Positions 14,010-27,433 of a stretch of 64,000 bases of DNA are shown here, piece by piece; the stretch's first letter is position 1, and the number at the start of each line of letters is the position of its first letter. The DNA comes from Octopus sinensis (taxonomy: Eukaryota). The notes under the pieces were generated by a model. It saw only the letters and a program-made list of their open reading frames with translations, had not been told where the DNA came from and did not search any database. The stretch covers positions 8,617,360-8,681,359 of the forward strand of contig NC_043019.1 of assembly GCF_006345805.1 (NCBI RefSeq), read 5' to 3'. The translations under genes were made by a program, and so were the position numbers.

Positions 14010-14394
14010 GTATGTATGTACATATATGTGTGGGGGTTTGTGTGTGTATACCTTGTATGTATGCATGTGTGAAGTGTGTGCTTAACTGCACCTGATTATC
14101 GAATATGTCTAACTCTTTTCAAACCGTTATTGCATTCCTAATTCTCTGAGCAAAATTCCCAAGATTTGACACTCAGTGAGAAAAATATCTACACTGGATG
14201 AGTGATAGAGACAGACGCTTGCGCAGCAGACGTACTTACAAGTTCAAGCAGATATTTAAGATAGAAAATAAAAATCTTCTAATCATAACTTAAATACCGT
14301 TTTATATTCTCAGCAGAGTTTTAAATAGCTTAGCGTATGACCTTCCACGTATCTTCAAGGGAAGAAATATAATAAGAATGAGAAATACAGTGAA

Positions 14395-14470
14395 TATGTA
14401 TTATGACTTGGGGGCGACAAAAGCCTTGGGAGTGGATTCGGTAGACGGAAACTGAAAGACGTCCGTCGTG
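14395..14470 (+). mobile_element. SINE family B fragment
   Basis: aaagccttgggagtggattcggtagacggaaactgaaagacgtccgtcgt. Confidence 0.7.
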
Positions 14471-14474
14471 TATA

Positions 14475-14565
<91 letters not shown>

Positions 14566-14727
14566 CATAATATAAATAGATAGATAGATACAACGATAAA
14601 TAGGTAGATAGATAGACAGTCAGACATACAGACAGACAAACAGACTGACAGTCAGACAGACAAACAGATAGATAGACCGATAGATAGACAGATAGATAGA
14701 TAGATAGATATATATATAGATAGATAT

Positions 14728-14812
<85 letters not shown>
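14470..14812. repeat. (TA)n plus (GATA)n/(GACA)n
   Basis: Direct reading. Confidence 0.95.
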
Positions 14813-14813
<1 letters not shown>

Positions 14814-15944
14814 TCGGTAATGAACAGACACACACACCTTTGAATTAGATTAGCCTAAGTGTATATCTGTTTTCCATTCGTAATGATTTACTTTTTTGCT
14901 AATTAAGAAATGGGTTCCTTCATTTCGAACGCTTCTTGAAACCGAAAATATTTACGTTGTTAAAACATATATTTACCAATTCCAAAAATCTGCCTACGTT
15001 AAGATAGGAAATAGTGGAAGCGTTTTCATAGACAGTTATTTTAATACACATCATGTAATAAAATACCTGCTTGATGACTAACACAAAAGATTCTTTCCGT
15101 GGAATAATCCATTATTCGTACACCTGCAAAGGTATTGATCAGCAGGATACCTGGCTTAATTGAAATTTATATCTTCACCGTAGTAAGGAAATATCAGATT
15201 TGAAAACGTCTTTAATTTTAGAAAATAATTATGGAGTTTCGAATATTTTGTTTTAGCGAAGTTTATTGAAACATAGATAAAGATTTCAGCAATACAAAAG
15301 ACCTGTGTATATCAATTCCAATTAACATTAACATTGTTTTCGAGATGGTAAATGTAAAGAAAACGCAACAATTCACATTCCACAATATGGCTTCTAAGTT
15401 CCTGCTTTATTTCCCAAGCCAAGCCGAAATATTTCCTGGTTTATTAAATAAAGTTTGAAATTCCCTTCTTAGTTTTTGCGAGATTCGCACAATAAATTCA
15501 TGCATACACTTTGGAATAAGCATTATAAATTTAAACGGAAAATAGAAATGATATATTTCAGTCTCTCATTGTTTACTAATCTAAAGAATGTAAGATATAT
15601 TGCAAGTGAATAGTTTAATAAGATGCTGAGAGATGTAGATATTACACGTCAATCTTGTTACATAGAAACATCGTAACATAGAGTAGGTAATAGAAATTGC
15701 TTCTGGAATAACGATAGATAATATACAAAACCTATTACAAGAGTAATATATCTCACGTACGTTGGGAAGATAATTGATAATTTAAACAGTTCTTAATTTA
15801 CTGTGAAATTGATTGTGATTTGGTGAAGTGGTAGTTGAGTGTGAATTAAATGTTTTGATTTTACAATAATCGTTTCAGAAATGTTTATAAATATTAAAAG
15901 GGAGAATCTCTTAATTTGCAGATTGATAGTCCACTTGTACTCAC

Positions 15945-16008
15945 CAGTTATTATCGATCGTTGAGATTTTGAATCACTTTCGGAACCCGTTTGAAGCAGA
16001 ACATTTAT
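15945..16008 (-). CDS. Candidate internal coding exon (64 nt, phase 0 to 1): INVLLQTGSESDSKSQRSIIT
   Basis: Acceptor atcattttgcAG, consensus donor CTG|GTGAGT; only one open frame. Confidence 0.5.
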
Positions 16009-16139
16009 CTGCAAAATGATATAACTTTATTGTGAACAACCTTCTTGAATAAAAGAAACGTTATTCTCTTAAAAACACAACGCATGTCCTGTTTTGTAAT
16101 ATTTTGGGGTTTGTAATTTTGTAATTATACTTGCAGAAA

Positions 16140-16270
16140 GCTCTAGCAATTTGTGTGTGACTCTGGTAAGAATTTTGGTTCCCAGCCACATGGTTCCAGC
16201 TTCAGTCTCACTACTTGGAGAATTAGGCAATTTATTTCTGTGGAATCGGTATACGAGGACTAAAAGAAAC
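16140..16270 (+). mobile_element. SINE family B head, diverged
   Basis: ccacatggttccagcttcagtctcact...ttaggcaa. Confidence 0.55.
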
Positions 16271-16853
16271 CCGTCGAATATGTATATGTGTGTGTGTGCG
16301 TGTGTGTGTGTGTACGTGTGTGTGTGTTTGTGTGCATGTGTATGAGCGAGTGCCAGCGTTTGTGTGCGTTTTATTGTGTATGTGAGTATATAAGTGCGTT
16401 TGTGTGTATCTATGTGCTTATCTTTGTACGTGATGTGCTTGTCTCCATTATCACCTTACAACTGTTGTTGGTTGATTTACGTTCCCAGAAGTCAGCGGTT
16501 CAACACAAAATGTGATAGAATAAGTAACAGATTTATAGGAATAAAAAAGGACTTGGGGCTATTGTCCGACTAAGCACGTCAGCGCAATGTCCCAATATTG
16601 CCGCAGTCCAATTGCTGACACATGCATACAGATCTATCTCTGTATCTCTCCACATATGTATGTGTATGTGTATATACATATATATATATACATATACATA
16701 TATATATATGTATGTGTGTGTGTGTGTGTGGGAATGGAAAGAAATATCAGTTACTACTATGATATTGTCTATCTACTTACCCTCTTTGTGATTTTGGTTA
16801 ATAGAATAACTATACAAATGAATCCTTTCAATTTAACTAACTTCTATATTTTT

Positions 16854-16943
16854 ATGCACCTGAAGATTGCTCTACATTTTAAAACAGATGTAATACTTGC
16901 ATTGTTCAATTAAATAGAGTCGCATGAAACGATCGTACTGCAT
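16854..16943 (+). ncRNA. Type I hammerhead-like ribozyme motif with extended helix II
   Basis: AUGCA(C)-CUGAAGA-59-nt helix II domain-GAAAC-GAUC-GUA-(C)UGCAU. Confidence 0.55.
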
Positions 16944-16971
16944 TACCTCTGGATATCCTTGTTGCTTATTT

Positions 16972-17016
<45 letters not shown>

Positions 17017-17078
17017 TTAAAGGGACAAAGAAATACTTTCCATTTTACTTTTTACTACACCTACACGCCAGGTTTTAC

Positions 17079-17124
17079 GTCGCGAAACCAGGATTTTCGA
17101 TACCAGAATAATTGCGTTATAAAT
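17079..17124 (-). CDS. Candidate exon (46 nt, phase 2 to 0): (R)FITQLFWYRKSWFRD
   Basis: Acceptor atttcttggcAG, donor GAC|GTAAAA; phase fits both neighbours; an alternative in-frame acceptor gives a start at 17152. Confidence 0.3.
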
Positions 17125-17530
17125 CTGCCAAGAAATCGAGTTAAGTGCTTCTCTGGAAATACCCCACATTAACAGCTTAACATGACCTTGAAGTACATGC
17201 ATAAATAAACTTCGAAGTTCAACCATTTAAAAGACCTAATGGAAATAAATATTATATATTTATAAAAGTTAGAATCAGCATATAAAAAAAAAGCGGAATA
17301 ATATAAATATTTAAAGTAAGTAAAATATTCACAAAAGTGATGCTTATACATAATTTTTGCAAATCATACACTAAAGGATACTCAAACCACCGGGAACATA
17401 TGGTGAGTAAAAGGTAATTCTAGCCAGGCAAGTGCTATAATATATATTGATAAGGATTTTGACTCGTATAACTATGAAAACATTGAAGTGTAGCAATATT
17501 TATGTACATGGCATACACACACACACACAG

Positions 17531-17585
<55 letters not shown>

Positions 17586-17706
17586 CATATATATATGAGC
17601 GTCCTATTAATACTTTGCATGGGTCACGTATACACGTTCTTATTTTCTTGTGTTTTCTTCGTTTTGGAGGACTGATTATATATATATAAATATGCATATA
17701 TATATG

Positions 17707-17778
<72 letters not shown>

Positions 17779-17944
17779 TTGTATGTGTGCGACTAAATGT
17801 ATATATATATATTTATATACAAGTACGGTAAATTGGAGGTTATGCAGTAAAAGAATTTGATGAAGAGCAGTTTAGAAAGCGATCGGGAATTGAAATAGAC
17901 CAGCGACAGCCGGATTGATGCAGTGCTACAGCGTCAAAAGTAAG

Positions 17945-18135
17945 CCAGCCAACTGGCACGCCGGGCGAAAGGCTTAGCTATTTCGTCTGACTTTACTTTC
18001 TGAATTCAAATTCCGCCAGGGTCATTTCATCTTTTCGGAGTCGATAAATTAAATACCAGTTGCGAACTGGGGTGGATCTAACTGACTGGCCCCATCCCCC
18101 TAAAACTTTGGACCTTGCACCTAGAGTAGAAAAGT
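17945..18135 (+). mobile_element. tRNA-derived SINE family A
   Basis: gcacgccgggcgaaaggcttag...tgaattcaaattccgcc...gtcgataaattaaataccagttgcg; B-box-like GTTCAAA region. Confidence 0.8.
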
Positions 18136-20084
18136 ATATTGCGTCAAAAGTTCATCAACTTATATGCAAAGCACACACTTATAAAAACATACACGTATAC
18201 ACACACACTTATTAACACGCACATGCACCCACATCCGCACACGCAAACACACACACACACACACACACACATACATATATTTCTGTGCCTGTGTATATCT
18301 CTAACATCTGTAATAGTCTACACAAAAGCACCAAAGAAATACAGTACTAAACAACCTAATAGAATTCTATGACAAAGTAAATATATGCTGACAGGCAATA
18401 TGTAAATTGAAGTATCGACCTTTCGCTCTCACAAGGAATAGCGATGTCTTACTAAAATCATTGCATTTTAGAACTCCTTAGCCTGGCACATGATAGGATA
18501 ATAGTATTGAAATCCATTATTCCTGAGAAGATCTAAGAATAAAACTCGAAGAATATTCTTAGTGAAATTCTGTTAGGTAAAGTATGTATTTATTCAGTTA
18601 CTTAGAAGTTTATATGTATTCATGGCTACACACACACACACACACATACACACAAGTTATTTTGATCAGAAATGAATGAAAAAACACATCTGTCATGAAC
18701 CTCATTAGATCGATCCCGGTTCTGTTATAAGATGCACGCTAAATCTCTATTGGTGCTTCCAACATAAAGTGCAATGTCACTTGGGAAAACGTTTATATTT
18801 ACGTTGAAATATGAATTGGTTCCGGGTTCAGTTCCGCTGCTGAGCACATTCTAATAGTGTCTTCTACTGTGACGCCGTGCTGACCAAAGAATTGTGAGTG
18901 AATTAAGAGGCTCAGTAATTAAGTCCAGTAATTGTAAGAACTAAAGTAAGAGGTTTAATACCTCGTTTTGTTTTTGTTTGTTTTTTTCTTGTGTAAAAAA
19001 AGAAGATACGTGTAAATATAATAAGGCAGCTATATAAGCGCCTCCATCTTTGCTGCACATACAAGAACGTTAGCTAATCCGTCTAATCTAATGATTCTCA
19101 GGTGGGGTTTGTAAGACGATTTGAGGGCCATATGACTCCTGGACTTCCAGATAAGTCTTAGCTGTTCCTTTTGTAGTTAAAATCTATCTGCAATAAAATA
19201 GTTACGCTTCTACAATGCCTAAAATATATTTCAACCATTTTTTATATAATTCCGAATAAAGTTTAATTATGAAAATAAATTAGGATTTTTAAAGATCGCT
19301 TTTTAAAGATTCAGTTGAAGAAATAGGAATCGAAGTGGTCCATAGGCAGAAAAACGTTTGAGGAACACTAGTTTATAGACGCTTGTCTCTAAATCGGAAA
19401 AGAAAGTGCAAATTTATTGTAAATAATGTAGTTCGATAGAAAGTGCTGTTGTAATAGACGGGATGATCACGGCTGGAAAATCCTATAGAATTATAGAATT
19501 GATCTATTAGAAATGTGCAACAGTACAAGACACTAATAATAAAAAGAAAATCAATAACAGCAACAGCAATATCGAAATGCGACAACAACCAAAGAAATTG
19601 TAATGAAAAGGACATCAATTAAACACAAAGACTTCATCAGCGACACCACTGAGAATAATGGCAGCTGAAGTAACGGCAACAACAAGGGAAACTGATCAAT
19701 TGCATCATCAACAAAAGTAACAACGATGATGACGGCAAGGAATTATGTGTTAGCAACCACATTATCAACATCAACAATATTTGGGAAGAGGAGCAGCTGA
19801 AACAATAGCAACAAGCCATCAATTACCTCTGCAACATCAACAACAACAACAACAACAACAACAGCGAAATTATCAACGAGGAACTAAAGTGGCAACAAAG
19901 TCAACGACGTCAACAAGAACAACAGCAACACCTACAACAACAACACAGGCGAAAATACCAACAAAATATTGAGAATGTGAGCAGCTGATATGACAACAAC
20001 AACAACGAAAACAAGAACAAAACTGCGATGGAAATTAAGACTGACTCAAAGCTACGGCAATATTAACAGAAATATCGTCATGAG

Positions 20085-20560
20085 AAACATCATCATCGTC
20101 GTCGTCGTCGTCGCCGTTGGTCGTCATCATCATCATCATCATCGTCAGCATCATTATCTTCATTATCATCATCATCACCACCATCATCATCATCATCATC
20201 ACATCATTATCTTCATCATCATCGTCGTTGTCATTGACATCATTACCATCATCCTCATCGTCCTCATCACCACCATCATGATCCTCATCGTCATCGTCGT
20301 CATCGTCGTCATCGCCATGATCATCACCATCATCATCATCATCATCATCCTCGTCGTCGTCATCACCACCACCATCAGCATCAGCATCATCATCATCATT
20401 ATCATCATCATCATCACTACCATTATCATCAATCGTCGTCGTCATCATCATCGTCAGCATTATTATCTTCATCATCAATCATCATCATCATCATCATCAT
20501 CATCACCATCATCCTCAATCGTCGTCGTCGTCGCCATCATCACCGTTATCGCCGTCGTTC
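20085..20560. repeat. Compound (CAT)n/(CGT)n trinucleotide repeat
   Basis: Direct reading. Confidence 0.95.
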
Positions 20561-21080
20561 TCATTACGTACAAGATCTTCATTATTACCCAGCATCACCA
20601 GCAGCAGCGATGTACACGCAACTCCAACACCGATAACAATACCGGGGTAAAAATAATAACAACACACATCTAAAACCGCCTCAATGTAGCAACATCAAAG
20701 CGATACAACCAGCCGCGGGAACAACGAAAACCGCGAACAAGCCATTTGAAATTAAAACAAATCGGAAAAACAAAAACATAGTAAATAAATAAAGAAAAAC
20801 AGTCAATCCAATATCGACAATAACAGCAACAACAACATCAAAAAATAACATAATAACTCAACTCTCAAACTGATTTCCCTCGAGCATTGAACTTAACATA
20901 CCCTGGTCTTGTTGGGACTCCGCATTCACCCGGTCTTTCTTGTTTTCGCACGCTCTCTCTCTAATAATGCGTATGTTCAGCCTGTAGTATACATGCATAT
21001 ATGTATGCATACATACATACATATATACATATATGTTTACACACATACATACATATATACATATATATATGAATTCATAC

Positions 21081-21124
<44 letters not shown>

Positions 21125-21562
21125 TCATATATACATACACGTTTACACACTTACATATATACATATGCATATACAGACATACGCACATACATATATGTAC
21201 TCATACGCCAAAACATGTTTACACACACACATACATACATATATACATATGTATATAAATACATACACGCATGTATATATGCATACATGCCTGCATGCAT
21301 TAATGCATGCATACAAACATGTATACAAGTGTCTGTGTGTATAGGTATGCATAAGTATGTATTTATATGTGTGTATATATATATACATATATACATACAT
21401 ATATATATATATCCCTTTCTCTCTTTCTCTCTCCACCTCATCTTTCTCCTCTTCATCTGCACGTGTCTTTTTTCTTTGTCACTTTCTCCCTTCATCTTCA
21501 ATTTATACTCTTCATACTGTCTCTGCTTAACTTTTCTCTCGACCTTTATGTCTCTGTGTTGA

Positions 21563-21614
<52 letters not shown>

Positions 21615-22689
21615 TTATGTCAACACACATATTCCCGCTCGTATACCCGCTGATTTGCTTCTTCCACCTTTTCCTTGGGGATTTATTAACATACATCACA
21701 TGTCGCTATTCGGCCTACAAAGACCTCTCTACATCTCGTTACGGTTTACACCCGACCAACCACCGAATTAAAATGTCAGTACATTGTCTATACTGCGCTC
21801 AGAAGCGCTTACGTATGCACGTATACGCTTGCTTGTGTGCGTGCGTGCATGCATAATTGTGTGTTTATGGGTGTGAAACAGAAAGAGATATATATAGAGA
21901 GAGAGGGACAGCGTACACTAAACCGTAAATATTTTGGTTGTCTTGGAAACAATTATATAAAACGAACTTGATACTAAGAGTGCGGAGGGAATTGCCGAGG
22001 ACAGAGAATGAGGAGGTTAAGAATTTATATAAACCTAGTTATTGATACTTGAAAAATCTGTCTACAACAGCAAAATGGAAAATTGGGCCTACATATCGAT
22101 ACATACGTATATATATATGACATGTAACTCGCGTGCACGCTCACGTGTCCACTCACGAGCTCCGACGCACACACACACATACACACACACATGTTTATAT
22201 ATATACGTATGTGTGTCAGCGTGCGGGTGCGTGTGTATGTGTGTGTGTGTGCCTGTGTGTGTTTATATGTGTTTGTGTGTGTCCTTTCTTAAGAATATCA
22301 TTCAGTATGATTAGTAAAACAGTGCGACTAAAGACAAGCTGCAAATCGGAATAATTCATTTAATACGAAGAGATTATATAAAACTAAAACCTTATTAATT
22401 TCAATCGAAAGAAAAATACCCAGAAATGATTTAATTGAAGGAGATAAAGCAATTACATGATGTCATTTGGTAAAAACAAACTACATCCCCACAAAAGAAG
22501 AGAACGTGGTCTAAGCACATAATTAATATCATTTAGTAGTCGGGCAAAAGTGTTTAAATGGAAGACAAAACCAGCGGTGGTAGAGACTTATAAAGCCAAA
22601 AGTATATGTTGATAGCGAAAGTGAGGTTTGAAAAGAGTGTGTTAAAGAAGATAGAGATGGCATTCCGTCGGTTATGACTATCAGAATTC

Positions 22690-22950
22690 TAGTTGATCCG
22701 GTCAACGGAACAGCCTGCTCACGAAATTAACGTGCAAGTGGCAGAGCACTTCGGAGATACCTTTACCCTTAGCGTAGTTCTCAGTGATATTCAGCGTGAC
22801 ACAGAATGTGACAACGATGACCCTTCCAAATACAGGCACTAAGTACTTATTTTGGCCAGATTGATGTAAAGTAAAATAAAGAATCTTACTCAAGGACACA
22901 ACGCACCACCGGGATCCGAATAGCCTAGCGACTGAGCTACACACCTTCAC
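22690..22950 (-). mobile_element. tRNA-derived SINE, third family
   Basis: Minus-strand tRNA-like head (gtgtagctcagtcgctagg...ggatcccggtggtgcgttgtgtccttgagtaag) followed by a distinct body. Confidence 0.7.
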
Positions 22951-23074
22951 TTAAAGAATATTTAGTAACTTCCTAACAGAATTGGTTGGTGACGAGGGAG
23001 ATTCTTTCGAATGCTAAGGATATTTCATCACAGGAAAAGTTAAGTTATATTAATTGAACAATTAACATTTTTAT

Positions 23075-23455
23075 TTTTTTATTTCCCACATGGGGCTAAA
23101 TATACAGAGGACAAACAAGAACAGACAAAGGGATTAAGTCGATTATATCGACCCCAGTGCGTAACTGGTACTTATTTAATCGACCCCGAAAGTATGAAAG
23201 GCAAAGTCGACATCGGCGGAATTTGAACTTATAACGTAGCGGCAGACGAAATACCGCTAAGCATTTCGTCCAGCGCGCTAACGATTCTGCCAGCTCGTCG
23301 CCTTATATATATGTCATATATTCCTTTCTACTCTAGGCACAAGGCCCGAAATGTTTGGAGAGCGGGGTACAGTCGATTAGATCGACGCCATCATGCAACT
23401 GGTACTTAATTTATCGACCCGAAAAGGATGAAAAGCAAGGTCGATCTCGGCGGAC
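23075..23455 (-). mobile_element. Full-length SINE family A (23075-23305) plus truncated copy (23320-23455)
   Basis: Near end-to-end reverse-complement match to 62539-62770. Confidence 0.9.
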
Positions 23456-23879
23456 ATATACCATATATTAAAACATGAATTTTGGGAATTATGCGTGGAA
23501 AAATAAAATTCAATGAATTTCAAGGAAAAGAATTGCTATAGAAAATATGGGGAAATAAAGAAATAAAGTAATTTTAGTTTTGAGTTGGAATGGTTTTCTT
23601 TTTTCTTTTGTTACAAGATTACAATCCCATCCTACGAGTAATGAGGTTTTTAACCGGTCAACGTCCTTGCGTTTTCATAGCTCTTTCTACGCATCATTTC
23701 ACTTCATCAATTAACTCGTTTAGTGATAATGTTTAGAAAATTGAAAATTAATACTTCCTAATCATACAAACACGCAAATACTCATACGCACGATCACGTA
23801 CAGACACACACAACAGCTCAACATCATATCGATTACGTGCTTAAAAACTTGGGATCAGGTTCGAACTCCGATGTCACAT

Positions 23880-24810
23880 ATATCGATTTCAGTAAATGTA
23901 AATATCTCCAGATGTCACCAAGCACCAGAAAATTATCAATGAAGGGACCACCGATGGGAGAACATTATGATAATGCAGTTAAGTGAGGGACAATTTGAAA
24001 AAGAGACTGCGCTAAAACAACCATATACACCCGTTTCAAGGTAACGACTAACAGCTTCTATTAATATCAGGTTCTTAGGCGTGATTGTTGACAATATTCT
24101 CAACTGGATCGCCAGCATTAAAAATAATACCCATACGGCTCGAAGCATAAGCTCCTGGATCCTCAGAAATTTACAGCGAGGAGGGCAAGATGTCATCGTT
24201 TCTCTCTTCTTTGTACGACCACACCTTGAATACTGCTGCCCTCTATGGTTTCTCCACACCAAATAAAAGATATCTAGAATTGATTCACCCCAGAAAACAA
24301 TCACTAAAATAACCAAGTCACCACTGCTGTTGATAATAGGGACCACCTTAAAACACTGAATGTTTGTTTTTCCCTTGCGCCGCCGTGACAGCTACTTCAT
24401 TTGCTCAAAGTGGAGAATATACTACCAGCATTGCCCAAACGGCCTTAATAGTAGATTCAGAATTCATCTAAGACTAGAGCCACGTAATATACACCATCTT
24501 TACCATTCAGGCTCACACAAATTCACTGCAAAGTAGCTTCATTTTCTCAACAGGCACAATCCCTTATTAAACATTATCCCAAAACAATTCAAAGAAAAAT
24601 ATCCCATACGTTCAATCGATACCTGACACTTGATAAGGTACCTATATCTGGATGCATCGCAGTCAATATGTCTGTATGTATGTATGTATGTATGTATGTA
24701 TGTATGCATGTATGTTTGCATGCATGTATGTATGCATTTATGTATGCGTGTATGTATGCATGTATGTATGCATTTATGTATGTGTGAATGTATGTATGTA
24801 TGTATACGTG
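23880..24810 (+). mobile_element. Decayed CR1/L2-like LINE 3' end (reverse transcriptase C-terminus) with (TATG)n tail
   Basis: Translation LGVIVDNILNW...WILRN...VRPHLEYCCPLW is typical CR1/L2 RT sequence; stops and frameshifts present. Confidence 0.85.
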
Positions 24811-25099
24811 TGTGTGTCTGTGTTTTGGCTACACGCATTCAACTAACACAAGCAACATTGTAACATTGCAATGGGGACAAAAGTCAATAAAGAATAGATT
24901 TTTCGTAGCTTAAATTTGATTTGGTCGTTGCGATATAAGGACGTATTTCGATCCTATAAGACATCATCAGCACAGCATTATTTAATAAATCTTGTTCGTT
25001 TAGTTCACAGTAGTTATTACGGCTATTTAAGCATTTAAGTTATTGTCGGTATTTCAGTCATCCAACTACAAACTCACTGAAATAAGGAGTTGGGTGGTT

Positions 25100-25345
25100 A
25101 ACAAATCAGATACAGATTGCAATAATTGGTTTTCCATTTTGATACGAGACCCGCAATTTCAGGGGTGGGAGTGAGCAGACTATTTCAACCCCTGTGGGCA
25201 ATTGGTTATTATTTTATCAACCCAGAGAGAATAAAAGGCAAATCAGCCCCTGATAAACCTGGATCTCAGAACGCAAAGAGGGACGAAATTTCACTAAGCA
25301 CTTTGTCCAGCCTGCTTACGATTTTACCAGCTCGCCGCCTTTCCG
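25100..25345 (-). mobile_element. Diverged SINE family A
   Basis: ccagagagaataaaaggcaaa...tctcagaacg...ttaccagctcgccgcc. Confidence 0.75.
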
Positions 25346-26001
25346 CTTTTGTAATTATTAGTATTTGTTCACTGTTGAATGGAACATAAAGAAATACAGC
25401 CGAATCACTAATTTGTCGATATTCTACATTTCACATAACTAGCAGTTTCACTCAACCAAATTATTATTCCCTCTGAATATATCGACGCTTTAAAAGCATA
25501 AAATCCTAACAGTATTTCGAATGAGAATATGTAGGCGTGTGTTTATGAATCTGCTCCATTTGTATGCTTTCGCTGGCTGTGTTTTCGTTTTTAAATGTTT
25601 CTCTTCTTTTTCTTTCTATGTCTGTGTGTTTTCGGAAATGTGTTTATTTATGTGCTTGTTTGACATTTGGGACAGCAGTATATCATTCAGTGATCGAATA
25701 TTTAAATTGTATAAAGTGTTTCTTTTATTAACTGTTATATTTTAGTTAATCCTTTTTTGTGTTTGTTCATTTAATATAGTTTGATATTGTGTAAGTATGT
25801 CTCTAGGTGTTTCTGTGTTTTTGTGTCGGCTGAAATATCGGAAGTCGGTTAATGTATGAATGTAATTTATAAAAAAAAAAAATAGAAAAATATATTTATT
25901 CTTTTCTGTTTGGGATTTTCTAAATGCTGTATTTGAGGGAAGAAAAATAATCTAATTTATTGAATTGCTCTAAATACATTTAGACTAGTAAAATAAGTTA
26001 C

Positions 26002-26077
26002 CTTTTGGATTTCGTGTTAAAGCACAAAGCACACCGCTTTGGAATTAAAGGAGAAATCAGCGTAAATAAGATCATCG
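26002..26077 (-). CDS. Candidate exon (76 nt, phase 1 to 2): MILFTLISPLIPKRCALCFNTKSK(R)
   Basis: Acceptor ctgttttcAG, donor AAG|GTAACT; single open frame; hydrophobic N-terminal half. Confidence 0.35.
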
Positions 26078-27139
26078 CTGAAAACAGTTTCATATCTTTT
26101 TCAATGGTTTTTACGCTGGTGTTTACTGATTTATCCGGAACGTGAGGTAGAGTGTTCAAGAACTGGTGTATTTACTTGACACGTGGTCAGCACGGCTCCA
26201 CGTTTACTCTTATCTGAATTGCAGCCCTTTTAAAGATCTGCAGTTATGGATGAAACAGCATTACAGAATCATGGTTACACATATGTAAACTGAACTATTT
26301 ACATGTCAAAAGGGCCCAAACATGTTTCGATATGCCTTTCTTTCATGTAAATCGGAACCGTTGCCTAAGGTCATGTGCTACATGGGTAAACTCAAGAGTG
26401 CAACAAAAACAGCAGACTAAGTGTGCAGGACGAAGATAATGGTAAACCATTGATTAGAAAAATCCTCAATATTCGAGATTCTCCATGGAGGTCCCTTGCC
26501 AGCGCGTGAGGTTACTCGATAGCATGTAGAGAGGGAGTTTCCAGACTGATAAGATTATCTGGTTGAATTATTTAAATCCTATATAACTAGAGGTTTCATT
26601 TCAAAACAGTAGTTTAAGTGCACGTGCTGGATTGCTTTTTCTTTAGCTTTCTCTTTTTTCTTTTTTTTTTTTTTTTTGAATATTGTGAAAAAATAGTCAT
26701 ATCTTTAATATAGTCCAGTCTTAAATACGATCTTATGTTAACTAAGGTAATTTGCAGATGTAAAAGATTTCTCGAGGCATTACCCATAGCAGAAGCGTGT
26801 TTCAAAAATTACGGTTCTGTTTCCAATTGTATTCAGTGTAATCCAATTATTAAATCATGTAAGAGAGTTAAGTGTAGATTAACGCAATGATTCATAAGTA
26901 AATTAGAAATCTCCATCAGAAGAGATAGAAATCGCTTTCGTTGTGAGTACAGGAAATACGGTAGTCTCTCAGTAAGTTGAAGAGAGGCGGTTGCGTACGA
27001 CGTTAATAACGGAAGAAATCATGGGATGGAGAACTTCTTGAAACTTCTGATAGAATAATATTATATTCACGCGTACTCTGATAATTTGATGTTTTAACTG
27101 ATAATGGGATTAAAGAAAATCACACACACACAAACAAAC

Positions 27140-27172
<33 letters not shown>

Positions 27173-27324
27173 TACATATGTATGTATGTATGTATATATA
27201 TATAATTATGATTCAGTTGAATTAGGTACTTACGTTGAGGCACCAAATCAGTCGGGTATTATCCGCACAGCTCAAAGCGAGGTGAATAAAAAGCAAATAG
27301 GTAACAAGGATGCCAAGGTATTGC

Positions 27325-27411
27325 TGCATTACGGCCGTTTCAGGGGACTCAATTTAATTGAACAATGCAAGTGTTACATCAATTTCAAATGCACCAACAT
27401 CTTCGGATGCA
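27325..27411 (-). ncRNA. Second copy of the long-helix-II hammerhead-like motif (U4C)
   Basis: UGCAU-CCGAAGA-...-GAAAC-GGCC-GUA-AUGCA. Confidence 0.45.
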
Positions 27412-27433
27412 AAATATAGGTTTTTCAACATAC

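Noticed and set aside
19990-20673. 227-aa His/Ile-rich and 147-aa Asp-rich ORFs
   Set aside because: (CAT)n/(CGT)n repeat translations without splice context.
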